64,000 nt of DNA from Chlorokybus atmophyticus (GCA_009103225.1 RHPI01000732.1:46482-110481), one strand, 5' to 3'; positions 37,201 to 51,969 are shown, numbered from the stretch's first letter. The notes: generated by a model not told the origin, from the letters alone. Numbers and translations are program-made.

Positions 37201-40200
37201 GTTCCATTCCTGCTCAAGTACCCCTTGCGCGAGTACCAGCATATCGGACTCGACTGGCTGGCTACCTTGTATGAAAAGGTACTTCTGAAACTGTCAACTG
37301 GTTGCCGGTTGAGTTGCTGTGCGATTGTTGTTAATTATGGTCATCTGCAGCGGCTGAATGGGATTCTGGCGGATGAAATGGGCCTGGTAAGTTCAAGTTC
37401 ACGCTCGCACACATTGGTGTTTGTGGCGCTGTATGGTACTGACTGTGTATGTCATGTTGGTAGGGTAAAACAATTATGACTATTGCGCTGCTGGCCATGC
37501 TCGCATGCGAAAAGGGAATCTGGGGTCCGCACCTTGTAGTCGTGCCTACAAGGTGGGCAAACTTGGCTCCGCGCTTGTATCTGTATTGCCAGCTGTTGGC
37601 CTAGGTCGTTGTGCATGATCCCCTGACAGTTTCTATTGTGTTGCAGTGTGATGCTGAACTGGGAAATGGAGTTCAAAAAGTGGTGTCCAGCATTTAAAAT
37701 AATAACGTACTTTGGGTCAGCCAAGGAACGCAAGATCAAGCGGCAAGGGTGGAGCAGGGGCAATTTCTTCCATGTCTGTATCACAACATACAGATTGGTG
37801 ATTCAGGATCAGAAAATGTTCAGGCGCAAGAAGTGGAAGTACCTCATCCTTGATGAGGCGCACATGATTAAGAACTGGAGGTCTCAGCGGTGGCAGGTGC
37901 GTTTTGTGGCAACACGTGTCGGTCACTCTTTTAGGCAGCAGACTCGACACACGCAAATCAACTGCAGGTGCTGCTGAATTTTAACAGCAAGCGGCGCATC
38001 CTTCTGACTGGGACTCCCCTCCAGAACGATTTGATGGAGCTGTGGTCATTGATGCATTTTCTCATGCCACATGTTTTCCAGTCACACAAAGAGTTCAGGG
38101 ACTGGTTCAGTAACCCGCTGAACGGCATGGTTGAAGGGCAGGAGGCTGTCAATAAGGACCTAGTTGATCGTTTGCACGCTGTTCTGCGGCCCTTTCTGTT
38201 GCGAAGGCTCAAAAAGTAAGTGTGTATCTTTCTGCATACATGTTGTGCCAAGACCAATAATTGCAGTACCTCGGGCTGGTTCTCATCAGCCCATCAGTCT
38301 GACTGCTTCATCCCATGCAGGGACGTTGAAAAGCAGTTGCCATCGAAACATGAGCATGTAATACGCTGTCGTCTCAGCAAGCGCCAGCGGAACCTTTATG
38401 AGGATTTCATGGCAGCATCAGACACGCAGGCTACACTGGCATCTGGCAACTTTCTGGGCTTGATAAATGTCCTGATGCAGCTGCGAAAGGTCCTTGCTTA
38501 CTGTCGTTGGTTGTTACAATTGCTCCATGCATACAGGGTACAGCATCAGCTGCAGGCCATTGCTCAGAAGCTGAGTTGTCGTCATTGTACAGGTGTGCAA
38601 CCATCCCGACTTGTTTGAAGGGCGTCCAATTGTATCGGCGTACGATATGTTTGGAGTTGTACAGCACTGTAGCTCGGCAGTCATGAATGCCCTACATCCC
38701 AACATATGGGAGCATATCGACATGGCTTTCTTTCTTCCTGCTCATCTGGAGCACATGAGCCAGTGGGAAGCTGCCGACATTTGTAACCTGCAGCAACAAC
38801 CATGGGCCGCAGAGCATGGCGCTTTGTCACCCGAGCAATGTTGTGTTCAGCAGCAAGAGCATCAGCTTGCACTGATTCCCGGGGCTGAGCAAATGGTTGA
38901 GAGCAGAGGAGGGAGGCTTGCACAGTATCTTTTGGACGTGGCCGCAAAGCGTGTACAGTGGCGACGGACAAGGCTTGACCTACTACAAAAGGTGCGATGT
39001 GTGGTGCACATTAACTGATGACAGTTAAACAGGGAAGAGTAGAGATCTAAACGTCACTGGCAAACCACTTCGTCGTTGATGCTTGTAGTCGTAAACGGTG
39101 CAACTTACTGCCTGCGTTGCTACAGGTTAATGCTTTGCGGTGTTCAGGGCAGCCAATTTATGGTGCTGACTTGCGGCACACTCTGAAGGTCGAGTCTCCA
39201 TTCCATGATTTGCATCATATCAAGCATGATCCCCGCCGCTTTTTTGACTTCTCAGGGATTGCCGCTAGCATGGTTGTGACGGCATCCGAGAGATGCGAGC
39301 AGCTGCAGGATGTACTGCAGAAGTTTGTGTTTGGTATTCCAGCAGCACGAGCCCCGCCACCCCAGCTATGGTGCAGCCATCCAGTTGGAAACGTTTCGCA
39401 ACAGCAGACAGCTGCCAGCTTTGCTGCACAAGTGCTTCCGCTGCTGACGCCACTGAGGACAACGTACATCCGGCAGCAGCTGTTCTTCCCGGACAAGCGG
39501 TTGTTGCAGTATGACTGCGGCAAACTGCAGGCTTTGGCAGAGTTGCTACACAAACTACGAGCTGGTGGCCATCGCGCTCTCATCTTCACACAGATGACCA
39601 AGATGCTGGATATTTTGGAGAGCTTCATCAGCATGCACGGTTACACATATTACCGCTTGGATGGCTCCACCCGACCAGAAGAGCGCCAGGTTCTGATGCA
39701 GCGCTTCAACACAAACCCCAAAATTTTTCTGTTTATCCTGTCCACTCGCAGTGGCGGAGTTGGCATCAATCTTGTGGGTGCTGACACAGTGATATTCTAC
39801 GATAGCGACTGGAACCCGGCAATGGATCTTCAGGCACAAGATCGCTGTCACCGCATAGGTCAAACGCGGGAGGTCAATATATACAGGTTGATTTGTGACA
39901 GTACGATTGAAGAAAACATCCTGAAGAAAGCCCAGCAGAAGCGGTTGCTGGATGACCTTGTCATCCAGTCCGGGGGTTACACCACAGACTTCTTCACACG
40001 TCTGGACCCCCGGGAGCTGTTGACAGGTCAGGTGCAAGAGAAGTTGCCTGCAACCCGCAATGCACCAACAGAGAAGGAGGTTCTGGATGCATTCAGGAAA
40101 GTTGAGGATGAGAGTGACACCGCTGCCCTGGAAAGTGCAACGCGCGAAACAGCCGCTGAGTTACAAGAGTTTACCGAAGAGGTTGTGCCTCTTGACGATG

Positions 40201-43200
40201 AGCAGGGTGATGAAGAGCGACCTTCAGCTGCAGCAAGTGAACTCGTGGCTGCCGACCAGCACGCCTTCAACCCACAGGAAGACCATGCAGCAATTGCATT
40301 GGCAACCGAGGTTGCCTTGGAAGATGAGATGTTGGCAGATGTGCGACAGATGACGTCAAGTATGCAGAACGGGGAAACGATGGGAAATGCGTTAGAGGTG
40401 TTCATTACAGCGCTCACTCCCATTGAGAAGTATGCACTGCATTGGGTGGAGGACGTGGTGCCAGTTGTGGATTCACTGGCCGCTGCACAAGAGGTGGTGT
40501 ATGAGGAAAGAGAATGGGAGCTTCAGCAGCTGGAAAAGCTGAAAACCGAGCAGGAAGCTGAGCTTGAAGATGAAGATGACGAGCTGGTTGCATTGAACAC
40601 ATGGGATACTGATCTCGCTGATGAAGCATACCGGCAGCATGTTGAGGTACAACAAGCCCACAGTCGCTACTTGCATGTATTGGTAATGCATGTTGTCGCA
40701 GTGCGCATTATGGAATATATTCATGCGTTCAACTGCAGACAGCAATGGAGGAACAAAGACAGCTGCAAGTGGAGTACATGGCTTTGCAGGAGCAGTGGCT
40801 TGAGGCGGGTTTTGCTGACATGCCTAGCACCGAGCGCCCAGTTGCAAAGAAGAAAAAAAAGAAGGTGAAGAGAAGCAACAAAGCCAACGGTGGTGCGGAA
40901 GCGAGTGCAGCAACTGGGCCCCATCTCAAGTCCTCAAAGAAGCGGCTGCGTGCATCCAGTGGTTCTGACATGGAGGATGGCACCATCAGGAATGTTGGCA
41001 AGTCCCACTTCAAAGCTAGCGACGAAGTTGCTGGCATGGCAAGGGGTGCACGAAACCTAAGTGGCGCTACATCTGTTGTGCATGATTCTGATGATGAGGA
41101 GCAGGCAAGTACTGTGGCACTGTTCCGCATCCTCATTGAAACTCCATCATATGACATCATTGTTCACATCACAGTTGTACATCTGGGCTGATATGCATCC
41201 TCCTTGCAGACCGGGCGCCGGCCTCACAAGGTTAAACTCGTAGAGGCTATCAGTCATGTCGGTCGTCAGCCGAAGCCAACGAAGAAAAAGGTCAAGGAAT
41301 CCTTGGGCCAGACACAGCCTGTGCCCAGTTCTGCACCTGTCTCATTGAAAGACGGCTGGGGCGATCTTCCAAGTGACCCGTCAACCATTTGGGAAAGCGT
41401 GTCAATGCTGCCCACGTTTGATGTGATCTCTGTGAAGAATCGCAAGCCACCCGTAACCCCACGTGTTCCTGTAACCAAACCGCGGCCATATGTTCCACCT
41501 GCGGGTGGGCAACCTGGCATTTGTTGTCCTATTCTCGACCTGGCAGTCACTTGCGTACTTATCGTCATTGTTGGCAGGTGGCTTTGTGCCTCGACCAGTT
41601 CCTTGGAGCCCTGCAGAGGATGTTGCACTGTGCACAGCAGTGTACGAGCTTCTAATTGACAGCATAGGACCACAATGGGAGATTGTCAGCGATTACATTA
41701 ATGCGGCTGTGCATGGGGGTAATTTTACGGGCAAACACCGACATCCTGTCCACTGTCGAGAGCGTTACAAGCTGCTGCTTGCCGAGGCTGCTCGCATTGC
41801 CACCAATTCCGCAGCAAATGGCGCTCCAGGTTACAATCTGCCACGTGTTGGTGCCATCTGCCTTGGTATTGTACCATCATACAGAGTCTTGCCACAGCAT
41901 GCTGTTTTCTTCTTTCACGGCCTTCCCCACTGCTTACACAGATGGTGTGATGGTGCAGGTGATGCCAGTCGTGCGCTAGCTGCAGCAGCGAAGCAGTTGA
42001 AGCTCTCTGCAGACACGGCTAAGTACCTTGCTGATAGTCATAGTGTGCGCGCTACATCCGAAGGTGTTTTGCTGAAGCACATCAAAGTTGCTTCACTGGT
42101 AGCAAGGTCCAGCCATAACTATGTCGACCTTAAGCAAGGCCCCACAGCAGCCAGTGACCACTTTGTCACAGCACCAGCCGCCAACAACAGCTCGCCCACA
42201 CCACAAGCATCTGCAGCTGCTACTCGCAGTACTCCAGACCTTCTCTGCATGCAGGAACATTGGCAAAGGGTTCAACGTGTCTCCACCCCTCCACCATCGC
42301 CAGTAGCAAACGTGCCACTTCCTGGAACTCCAGAAACACCGTTCGATCCCATTGTACCTTCTGCCTCCAGCTTTAACAGCTCTGATTATCTGGCTGTTGA
42401 CTTGAACGACGATGCCGACAAGGAGGAAGACAACCACAGCAGTGCTGGTGGCCTGGATCTCAACGCAGTGCCTGTGGATGATGAAGGCACGGGCTCGTTG
42501 CTAAACCTGGTTGCAAGCAGTGACCTCTTGCTGCCTTCAATTCCCGCAAGTGCTTTGCACGAGTCTCCAGTGTCTCTGGAACGCGCACAGTAAGTGATGG
42601 CAACCAGAAACTTAGTGTGTGCATGAACAGGTAACTACTGAAGCGTACTCAGCCAAGGTGTCCTGCTTTGACAGTGTGGCAGCAATGCAAGCGTTGGATG
42701 GCAAGCTCACGGAGTGGGCGATGGCAGCAGTAACTGCGCTTCCAGCCAATGTTGCACATCCAGTTACCTCTTTCAAGCCAAAGAAGAGGTAAATGGGCCG
42801 CCTTAGTAGCACTCGTCACGCATAGCTGGTCGCACCTCACAGTTTATTTGTATGCCAGCAAAAACAAGGCTGTCAAGAGTCCAAATTTGCAGCCCCCGCC
42901 ATCGCTCTCTTTTCCAAGATCACCGCCTGCAAAGCCATACAGCAGTGCTAGTCAGCACAAGGTTTCACATGCTGGCGTGCCTCAGAGAGGCTTGGTAACT
43001 GCGCAGTATTTGTCTGCTGCACCACCTTCTGCCATGGCTGTGCAACGCCACTCGTCAGCTGCGCGCAAGCCATCCCCTTTGAGCCGTTCACAAGCGTCCA
43101 GTGCTGTTACATCATATCAGGACCAGCCGTACCACACTGGCTATATGGCGAATGGCGACCAGCGCCCGTCCGCCACACCCCACGCAGTTGCTTCCAGCAC

Positions 43201-43588
43201 CGCCTCAGCCTCAGTTGTAAGGCAGGGTGGCCAGCATCATGGGATGGTTCCTATGGTGCATGGGCATCCCGCAGGTGTCTACAACCTGGCAATTGGCACC
43301 CCAACACAGCTTGCACCCAACCATTCTGTGCGCGGCGCACAGAATGCACAGTTAGCACACTCTCTGCACGGGCAACTCACAACAGATCCACCGGCGTCCC
43401 GCTCAGCGCTGGGGTCTGTCCCAGTTAGCTCCACCCCTTCATCAGGAGGCGATGGCCTTGGTACTCCCAGGACGCCCAGCACTGGTGTGATTACCACCAA
43501 GATCTTCGGCAAGTCTGTTGCCGTTACTGTTGCAGGCAATGCTTCACCAAAACGGCCTGGCACTGGCTCGTTGGAACCTGTCACATAA
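34216..43588 (+). CDS. PIE1: SWR1/PIE1 (SRCAP/p400 family) SNF2 chromatin-remodelling ATPase for H2A.Z deposition, about 20 exons
   Basis: HSA domain KTHWDFLLEEMAWLAKDFERER..KHLDFLVGQTERYS. ATPase LREYQHIGLDWL..NGILADEMGLGKT..LILDEAHMIKNWRSQRWQ..LLTGTPLQNDLMELWSLMHFLMPHVFQSH. HelicC QYDCGKLQ..LIFTQMTKMLD..LSTRSGGVGINLVGADTVIFYDSDWNPAMD. SANT-like WSPAEDVALC..CRERY. First in-frame ATG is 34216. Confidence 0.95.
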
Positions 43589-44411
43589 TGTTGCAAGCCT
43601 AGTTAGCTTAGCATAGCCGAGTGTAGCAGCAGCCGCTGCTTTAGGTGTAGATGCCATTTGTAGAAGAGTAAGTAGTGTCCATGTTGTCTATTCATCACGT
43701 GTGCAAGTGCTGCAACAGTGGTGCTTAGAAGATGGGTGCATGGTTTTGTGCACATGCAGCTGCTGAGGGGCCCAGCACTCGCTTGCTGTTCTTGCTTGCT
43801 TGCTTGCCTGTTGCCTGTCGTGGCGTTGTTGCTTGTGACCCTAACGCTAACTGTGGCGTGACGCCTGCCTGCCTGCCTTCACTACTACGACAACCTACTT
43901 GTACATGCTATGCGTTTGTTGGGTTGAGTGGTTGGTTTGGTGTGCTTTGCTTGTCATCATCAGTTGTGCCTGTGCAATTGCACAATGTGCCTTCTTGTAG
44001 CAGTCAGCTTGCGCACATGACGCCACCTACGACGAGTTACACGGATTACAAAGCACTCGCAGGATGCATGTACTGCCGACACATTGACAGCCATACAAGG
44101 CTTAACAGACAGCTCACACATAATGTAGGATACCTGCACCACTTCCCATTTACACCACAATTATATTACCATGAGAGTTGCGTCCATGTTGCACAATGCC
44201 TGACAGGTCCACAAGCGTACAAGAGTAGGGCACGTTTTGCAGGCGTGAAGCCAACGCTGGTTATTAACAAAATATTACACTGCATGATGCAACCGGTCCC
44301 AGTATACACCTGCACTGAGACTTCAACAAACTCTGTGTTGTCGTTGCTACACAGCGCCGTCTCCCTGAAGGCCAACGCTGTATTGGCCTATCCCGCCGTC
44401 AGGCCATGCAT

Positions 44412-45237
44412 TCAATCATCCCAATCGTCATCGGAGCTGTCGCTACCCTCCACAGCCTGTCAAAAGAATCCGAGCACAGTATCAGCACTCAAAACAAGAC
44501 ACCCTCGTACTCAATGCCATCCTTTACCTGGCGGATGTTGTTGGCCCTCTCAAGGATGACAGCAACATCAATGCCGCCAGGCCCAACCGCAGGCTTCGGG
44601 ACAGGCATTTTGCTCGCTGCTTGCTGCGCGGTTGCTGACATGCGCCGTAGCCTGAAGGTCTGCATCACCACCATACACAACGGGTCATACAATCTGGTTT
44701 GCATTATTGCTTGCCCATGTATGACCCACACTGCCCTCACTTTGGTTCTGATCTGTTCAAGAAGCGCGTCACGACCCATTGCGGGGGCTAATGGTCGCTC
44801 AACTTGCGCGTCCACACGCCTCAACTGCAATTTGTGAAACAAGGAGGTTCAAACAGTACAACCATGACTCCTATTTTGTATGCACATATACGCGCGCACG
44901 CATGCGCAGCTGCGATGATAAACAGCACCTGGCTCTTGTTGTGGCCTTCAATTGCCGCGAGCAATTCTCCTCGCACAGTTGGTGGCGCCGGTGGTGCCGG
45001 TGGCTGTGCAATTGGCGTTGGTGCTGATGTGGTCATTATTACAGCTGGTGGCGGTGGTGGTGCAGGTGCCGGCTGTGCAATCGACGCTGATGCTGATGTT
45101 GTGGTGATCGCGATCATTGGTGGTGGCGGCGGCGGTGGTGGTGATGCAGTTCCATTATATGACGTGGTCATCGGCATTGTCAGTGTCTGCAGCAACGCCA
45201 TGGGTGGTGGTGGTGGCACCGGCGGAGGCATGGTCAC

Positions 45238-45268
<31 letters not shown>

Positions 45269-47402
45269 GTTGGCATTGATGGCGTCGCCCTCGCCAGATC
45301 AAGTATAGACTTCGGTGCTGGCGGCGCGGGTGATGGTGGAGTGCTTACTGTTGGCGCTGTGCTGGGGGGGGCCAACATGGCAGGCGGCTTCGATATGGAC
45401 GCAAGCACGGTTGCAGGTGGTGGCGGCGGCGGCGCCGGTGGTGGTGGTGGTGGTGATGTGCCTATGGTTGTTGCCGCTGCACGTGGTAATGTAGCTGGGG
45501 GTTGAAGAAGCGATGGCGGTGGTGGTAGCGGCGGTGGCAGTGTTGACGCGCTCGGCGGCCGCGCCATCGGAGCTGCTTTGGGTGTCACTGGTGGTGGTGT
45601 TGTCGCTGCTGGGGAGGTGGGTAACATCGACGTCAACATCGGTGGGGGTGGCGGCGGCGGAGGCGCCACTGGCACCATCATCGGCCTCGGCATTGGCATC
45701 ATTGGCGGCCTTGGCGTCGGGATAGGCATTGGTGGCGTGTGCGATGAGAACGGCGTGAGAGACACAGCAGCAACAACAGGTGTCCCTGCAGCGGCCGGCT
45801 TGCGCAGAAGGTCCATCACACTGCGTGCTCCACCTCCTCCAGCTGGCACTGCTGCCATTTGAACTGGCACTTGAACTGGCAGCTGAACTGGCGCTTGAAC
45901 TGGCATCTGAACTGGCAATGGAACTGGCATCTGAACAGGCATTGCTGCTGGTGCGGGTGTCGCATCTTTCTCTGAGACTGGCATCGGCATTGCCGCAGGG
46001 AAGCTCTGCTGCTGAACTGGCTTGGTCGTGACGTTGCCGATGGTGGTGGTGGTGGTGTTGTACTCCGCACCAAGGGGAGAGTACTGGGCCCTGGCCAATT
46101 GCACACGCATGAGCCCATTGCACATGCACCACGACACTTCACACAAGCTATCATCATGCTACACTTCAACAGTTGACCGTAGTGGTTCTGTTGCCACCAA
46201 GTCAGTATTCATGTGTTCAATTTGTACACTGTATAGTCTTTGCAAATGCAACACGATATAGCCACATAGAGGCAGGCATCGACTTACTTTGCTGGCATCT
46301 TGGCCACCTCGTGGGCCTGCAGCCGCTCTGAAACAAGAAGCTTCTTCTTCTCGTTCCGCTGCAAAACCAAAGGTGTGTCAATTTCAGTCCAACCATCCAT
46401 CCATACCATACTTACCACCACCACCAACAACAACAACAACAATTCAAGCAAACTAAGAAATGGGTACGCACGCGTTGCTGGCGGGCACTGGACTCCTCTT
46501 CGGCCCGCGACAGCTCCGCACTGGCCCACTGCTGTTTGAACAACGAAGGGTTGGTGTACCGCGTCATGCACGGCACCTTGTCCACCGCAAACCTGCATGT
46601 GACCATGATGACACATATACACATGTACACAGCGAGACAATGAGAGATATGTGACACATGCCTGTCAAGCAAAGATAGTTGCGGAGGCGCTTTGCACGCC
46701 TCGTAGCGCGCTTTCATGTGCGTGGGAAGCGTATCTCTCGAAACCAAAGACGGCGCCTCTTGCTCCGGCATCTGCCAACTCATTGCTGCAAACAGAATCC
46801 AACGATTGCACCACCAACAACACAACAAGTTGTAATCGCCGACTCAAACAGTTGTGCGCAAGTGCATGCATGCTTGCAGACATGCGCATGCGTATGCACA
46901 CATGTGCACGCACAAATGAACGCACGTACACACACGCCCAAACACACGCCCACATGCGCACACACACGCGTGCGCGCGCACTGATTGCGTGCCGGGCGGT
47001 GGGGTCAATCTCGTCGTTGTTGATGGCCTCTTCAAGACCAGGCACGCGTGAAGCCAAGACGGAGACCCGAGCTTCAAGCGCTCTGCTGCGCGCGCTCACG
47101 GCCGACACGTCCACCTGCACACGCCCACATGCCTCCGCAGCATACCTGCAGTGCACATGAATGTATTCTTGTGCTCACAAATAACATGATGATTGTATAA
47201 ACCTGAATCCGTCATCCAACCTGGCAATGTCACCAAGGTGGCGCAGCGTGCCGAGCAGTGCGATGATGGATCGGGTCTCGAGCAGGGCGGCGGCATCCAC
47301 GCTGTTGTTGGCGTTGTTGGCGTTGTTGGTTGCGGAGGCGAGAAGCGCAGGTGAGGCGAAATGGCGAGGGTGCAGAAGTGTCACGGGAGGTGGGGTTGGC
47401 AT
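44412..47402 (-). CDS. SCAR: SCAR/WAVE family Arp2/3 activator (SHD, Pro-rich linker, WH2-C-A)
   Basis: SHD: AAALLE..LLGTLRHLGDIA|RYAAE..LEARV; YEACKAPPQLSLLDR|..RYTNPSLFK. Long poly-Pro exon. WH2: GRDALLEQIRTK|TFRLRR. C-A: VAVILERANNIRQ|AVEGSDSSDDDWDD*. A short upstream exon cannot be excluded. Confidence 0.85.
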
Positions 47403-48083
47403 TGCTGATGGTTGCTTGTCGTTGTTACTGTTGTGGTATCTCTTGCTGCAGAACAACTAGGAGTTCTATTTCTGCAAGACAAGCTTGTTCAGTACCAGTG
47501 AAAGCAGAGAAAAAGGGAGAGAAAATTAGCACACGCGCGTGCAAGTGAATGTTGCAACGATTGACTTTCGATGACGACTTTGAACATGACTTCCTGATGA
47601 CTTTCTATTTACTAAGACGGCATTAACGACTGCAAACAAGCATCAGCATGTCAGGCATCCACTTGACAGTGTGAGCGTTGAATTGTTGCCCTCAAGACAA
47701 TGTGGCAACTGGCATGTTGCCATGCGTTATCAATGCAACACTCAGACTCTCAGCAACGTATTTGTCCGCAGCGCATTGCTGCAGGGTGCATTGCAGCCTG
47801 CCAGTTGTTCGGTTGGCGCAGCTCACCTTGTAACTATGACACCAGAACAGAGAACAAGACACCACGGCTAGGCAGACAGCAGCAGGGCATTTCCTTGTTG
47901 AAAGAAGAAATCCAAACCACAACGGGCGATCTTGCAGACAGGTGGCGCCATGGGGATCACAACAACGGGGACTGGGGGAGGGGAGGGGGGGGAGGATCGC
48001 CCACTCCGTGAGTACCTGCAAACCAGTGTGGTTGTCCACGCAAGTGTAGCCCCCTGCATGCCGCACCGTCGCCACAGCCTTAA

Positions 48084-48115
<32 letters not shown>

Positions 48116-49810
48116 CGGCAGCTGCAACCTCGACTGTGCTGCTGACGCGGTTCACTGAACCCGCGACATGTCTCTTGCAAACCTGGCTCATTACCTGATC
48201 AGGTCGGCGATCACTGAGCCTTCGAGAGCAAACAGATGCAAAGGGGGACGCAACGGCCAGGCTTACAAAGTGCAAAGTGAGGTTGCTGAGTTCGAGAAAT
48301 GAGGTTGCATGTCTACTTGCGTTGGTGCATGCGGGCATGGCTGAGGCCGCCGCCTCCGGCGGTGAGGCGAGAGCAGGAGTAGGCGGGAAGGCGGCGTCAG
48401 CCGTAGCGGAGAGGGACCTTGAGTGCAAGGACGATGGGGAGCGGCATGGGCACCTACAAGCTGGGGGTGCCGGCCCGCCCCTGGACGGAGCAGCTCGGCA
48501 ACCTGCCTGAGCACTCGCGTCTACAGCAATGCTCATCCGGATTTCACCGCCGTGTTTGTCTACCTAGTTAGAGACAAGGGGGGGCAAAGGCGGGGCTGCT
48601 ATGCATCAGATCAGGTTCAAGGAAGCCTACCTGAAGCCTTTCGCTGAGTTGTCAGGCCGCGAGCTCAAACTGCCCTCAGACCGGGTGGAGCTCGTCAGCA
48701 GCACCGCCTGGCATAAGAAGGACGCCAGCAAGGTCTTCGTCCGTGCCTGACGGCATGCGCTGCTGAGGGGAAAGCGTATGGGCAACTACGAGCTCGACTT
48801 GGACGCCATCGACAAGGATTATCCCGCCGCGCACCGATTGTTGGCAAGCGACACTTACGTTGCTTGCCGTTATCTTAAGTTTGAATGTTAGAGTTTGAAT
48901 TTGCACACGGCCACCCGACCTGGTGCTTTGGTGCAGTATGTGCTGTTGCAGGCGCCTGTTTACTTGCGTGTGCTGATCTTACATGTGTCATATGCATGGG
49001 CATGAACAGTGGCATGTGTTCTGTGTGTATATTTTTTTGTGTACGCTTCCTCAGGTTTGTTGCATGCAGTTGAAGATGAAAGCACGAGGGGCCGGATGGC
49101 TTGAAAACCCCGAAATGTTGGATGATCAGGTTACCCCTGAATGGGCCATGAAAAACAGCAATTTTCTTGTGACAGATGATAAACCCTCAATGGGCATGTA
49201 AAAAGAGGATCACGGCAGACATGTTACAGGTAGCTTGCTCGCATACAGAGCTCTTTCGCAGAGAAAAGAGCGCCAGCTATGTTCGGGTGACTGTCGCACA
49301 AGGCGTTAAGCTTCGCGCTGTTGTCTTCTTGAACAATTACGGTACTCGCTGTATGCATTCAGATGTCCCGCTTGCTTATACAGCGTAGTATGTGCATGTG
49401 GCTTGCACACAAAGTCAAATTGCTGAATGCTTGCGATGAGGTTGTTTAAGGAGGGAGCGATTGCTCGTGTTCATCGCCAGGCTCTTGGCACTAATGTGGT
49501 GAGTTGCTGTTCAATAATTGTGCTTGATCAATGCTAAGCCGGTGGTGAAACCTCACCATTGCATGCAACCTTGCACAGCATGTTCTGAGCATGGTTAAGA
49601 AAAACAGCACGCCAGTTCCAGCCCGAGCCAAGCAAGAGTACTCAAGCACATTAGTGTGCTAACAGTAGTCACCATTCAGATGAGTCACATAGTTCCTTTA
49701 CCAATTGTTTGAAGGGTTAATGAGCTTGACATTGGCAAGGTAACAACCCGCTGGTCGAGGATGGAGCTACCCCCCATCGCTTGTAGTTCGTTTGAAGTGG
49801 TGCCCCCCCC

Positions 49811-50193
49811 NNNNNNNNNNNNNNNNNNNNNNNNNNNNNNNNNNNNNNNNNNNNNNNNNNNNNNNNNNNNNNNNNNNNNNNNNNNNNNNNNNNNNNNNNN
49901 NNNNNNNNNNNNNNNNNNNNNNNNNNNNNNNNNNNNNNNNNNNNNNNNNNNNNNNNNNNNNNNNNNNNNNNNNNNNNNNNNNNNNNNNNNNNNNNNNNNN
50001 NNNNNNNNNNNNNNNNNNNNNNNNNNNNNNNNNNNNNNNNNNNNNNNNNNNNNNNNNNNNNNNNNNNNNNNNNNNNNNNNNNNNNNNNNNNNNNNNNNNN
50101 NNNNNNNNNNNNNNNNNNNNNNNNNNNNNNNNNNNNNNNNNNNNNNNNNNNNNNNNNNNNNNNNNNNNNNNNNNNNNNNNNNNNNNNNNNNNN
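49811..50193. other. Assembly gap (N run)
   Basis: Run of n. Confidence 0.99.

Positions 50194-50279
<86 letters not shown>
50194..50279. repeat. (CT)n microsatellite abutting the gap
   Basis: Uninterrupted ctctct run. Confidence 0.95.
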
Positions 50280-50286
<7 letters not shown>

Positions 50287-51969
50287 CATGTATGTGCACA
50301 AAGCTGTATGCTGCAGGTTGTAGATGAGGATGTGAAGACGCACAGTGATATGAACAGGACGCTGTCACGTGAGATTCACTTCCGTAGTTGTAATATGCAA
50401 GAGGTTGATGTGTGCATATGTTGTGTGGACATCATCAACTGCTTGACGTATCTTGCAGGTCGGCCATTTCACGCAGAAACTCACCCATCCCGTGTGCAAG
50501 TGAAAGAGTTTTTGAACTATGTGGAGAGGCAATTAGAGCCATTAGTAGATAAAGTTGATGTGCTCAACAAACACAAAGACTGGCCAGTTGAGAAGGTCAG
50601 TTTGGCAACATTTGTGCTTCTGTTCTCCACAAGAAGCAGCGCACAATTGCTATATATCGACGCGTCACACCCTAAAAGGATTGTAGACCCCCCTGACGCA
50701 TGCCAACTGGCCATTGCAGCTTACAGTATGCTTGCGTGCAACTATTAAGCACCCATGCCATCATTGGAATAACCACACACAACATGCTTTGTAAGTTGCA
50801 ATAAACGAGATCAGCATACATGCAAACAGACGCGCTGCGTAAAACCTGGCGCTCCACAAAGACTTGTCACGCAAGTGTCAGGTGCGCGCATGTGTGCACC
50901 CGTATAGACAGCATACACACATTTACTTGCGTGCCTGCATATGCGATGGTATGCGTGCTTGTTGCCAACCGACGTGAATCAGGCACTGTACGAGCATGGT
51001 GGTGCTGGCTCTTTCGCTGCAAGGTATGGTTTTGATGAGGCCATCGACAAGATAACCACATACTTTGAAGTGGTGAGATAAAATGTGCAGGCGATCGAGT
51101 GCAAGCAAGTACGTACCATGCCGTATGAAACTGCCAAGCATGTGATATGTGCACAACGAAAATGTTGTTTGCTAATGCTGCCCTATCGCGATTGTGCATG
51201 CATAAGGCAATGGAGGGCACTTGTAACCACCCACCTAAGGATCACCATTGTTGACCAAGACGACATGAAGACATGCTGCAAAGGTCATCACATCCCCTTT
51301 GTCTTTCTCAGCCTCGTGCAACAGCTGAAGGAAGCAGTTTCAAAAGCAGTCACGGCCTTCATAGCTCTGGTGCTAGCTCAAGTCTAAAAAGGTATGCGTC
51401 CATGAGGCATGCATGAGACATATATGCAATGTTTTTTATCTAGTTGTACTCGATTTTGCATAACAGAGCTCCCACCAAGTCAAAATTTACTTGCTGGTAA
51501 AGCAGGTGGGGTACTTTGCGCATAGGGTGCAGTTTTTTTCCGGTGGGCTGAGCACTGAGGCGCAAGCGTCATTTGACACGAATCTCGCAGTATGGAAACT
51601 TTGACTTGTCATAAAAACATCAGTTGCAGCGCGTGCCGTTTTGCTTTGTACATTGTGAATTAAAATTGATTGACTGTATTACTTGGGAATACATCAATAC
51701 ACGGGTCCATACAATACTGCACAACTGTAACAGCTACAATCAAGCCAACGACACCAATTTCTGCCTGTTAGGCCCGCAATGTGCGACAAAGAAGTGTCTC
51801 GTGCCGGCCGTGCGTCACGAGATGGCGCTGATCTCATTGTTGCTGCCGCCAATGCCATGATCGCTGCAGCTTGAGAGCGCTGAAACACTACCGAGATGCG
51901 CTGCCGAGACTGTGTCACCTGGCGGGAAATGAACCGTGATTTCAGCTCTATGATATTAATCACGCAGCG

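Larger units (their letters stand above)
48337..51390 (+). pseudogene. Unidentified decayed multi-exon coding sequence spanning an assembly gap
   Basis: Protein-like pieces in shifting frames, flanked by splice-like GT/AG sites: RVYSNAHPDFTAVFVYLVRD; LKLPSDRVELVSSTAWHKKDASKVFV; MGNYELDLDAIDKDYP; ENPEMLDDQVTPEWAMKNSNFLVTD; RPFHAETHPSRVQVKEFLNYVERQLE. No family recognised. Confidence 0.3.

Noticed and set aside
44926-44960. Apparent second WH2 motif in SCAR (RGELLAAIEGHNKSQ|LRRV)
   Set aside because: A similar segment precedes the WH2 in land-plant SCARs as I recall them, so it is not novel.
49685-50748. Long ORFs with (ER)n/(LS)n and X runs, and similar ORFs at 57058-57945
   Set aside because: Artefacts of N-gaps and the (CT)n microsatellite.
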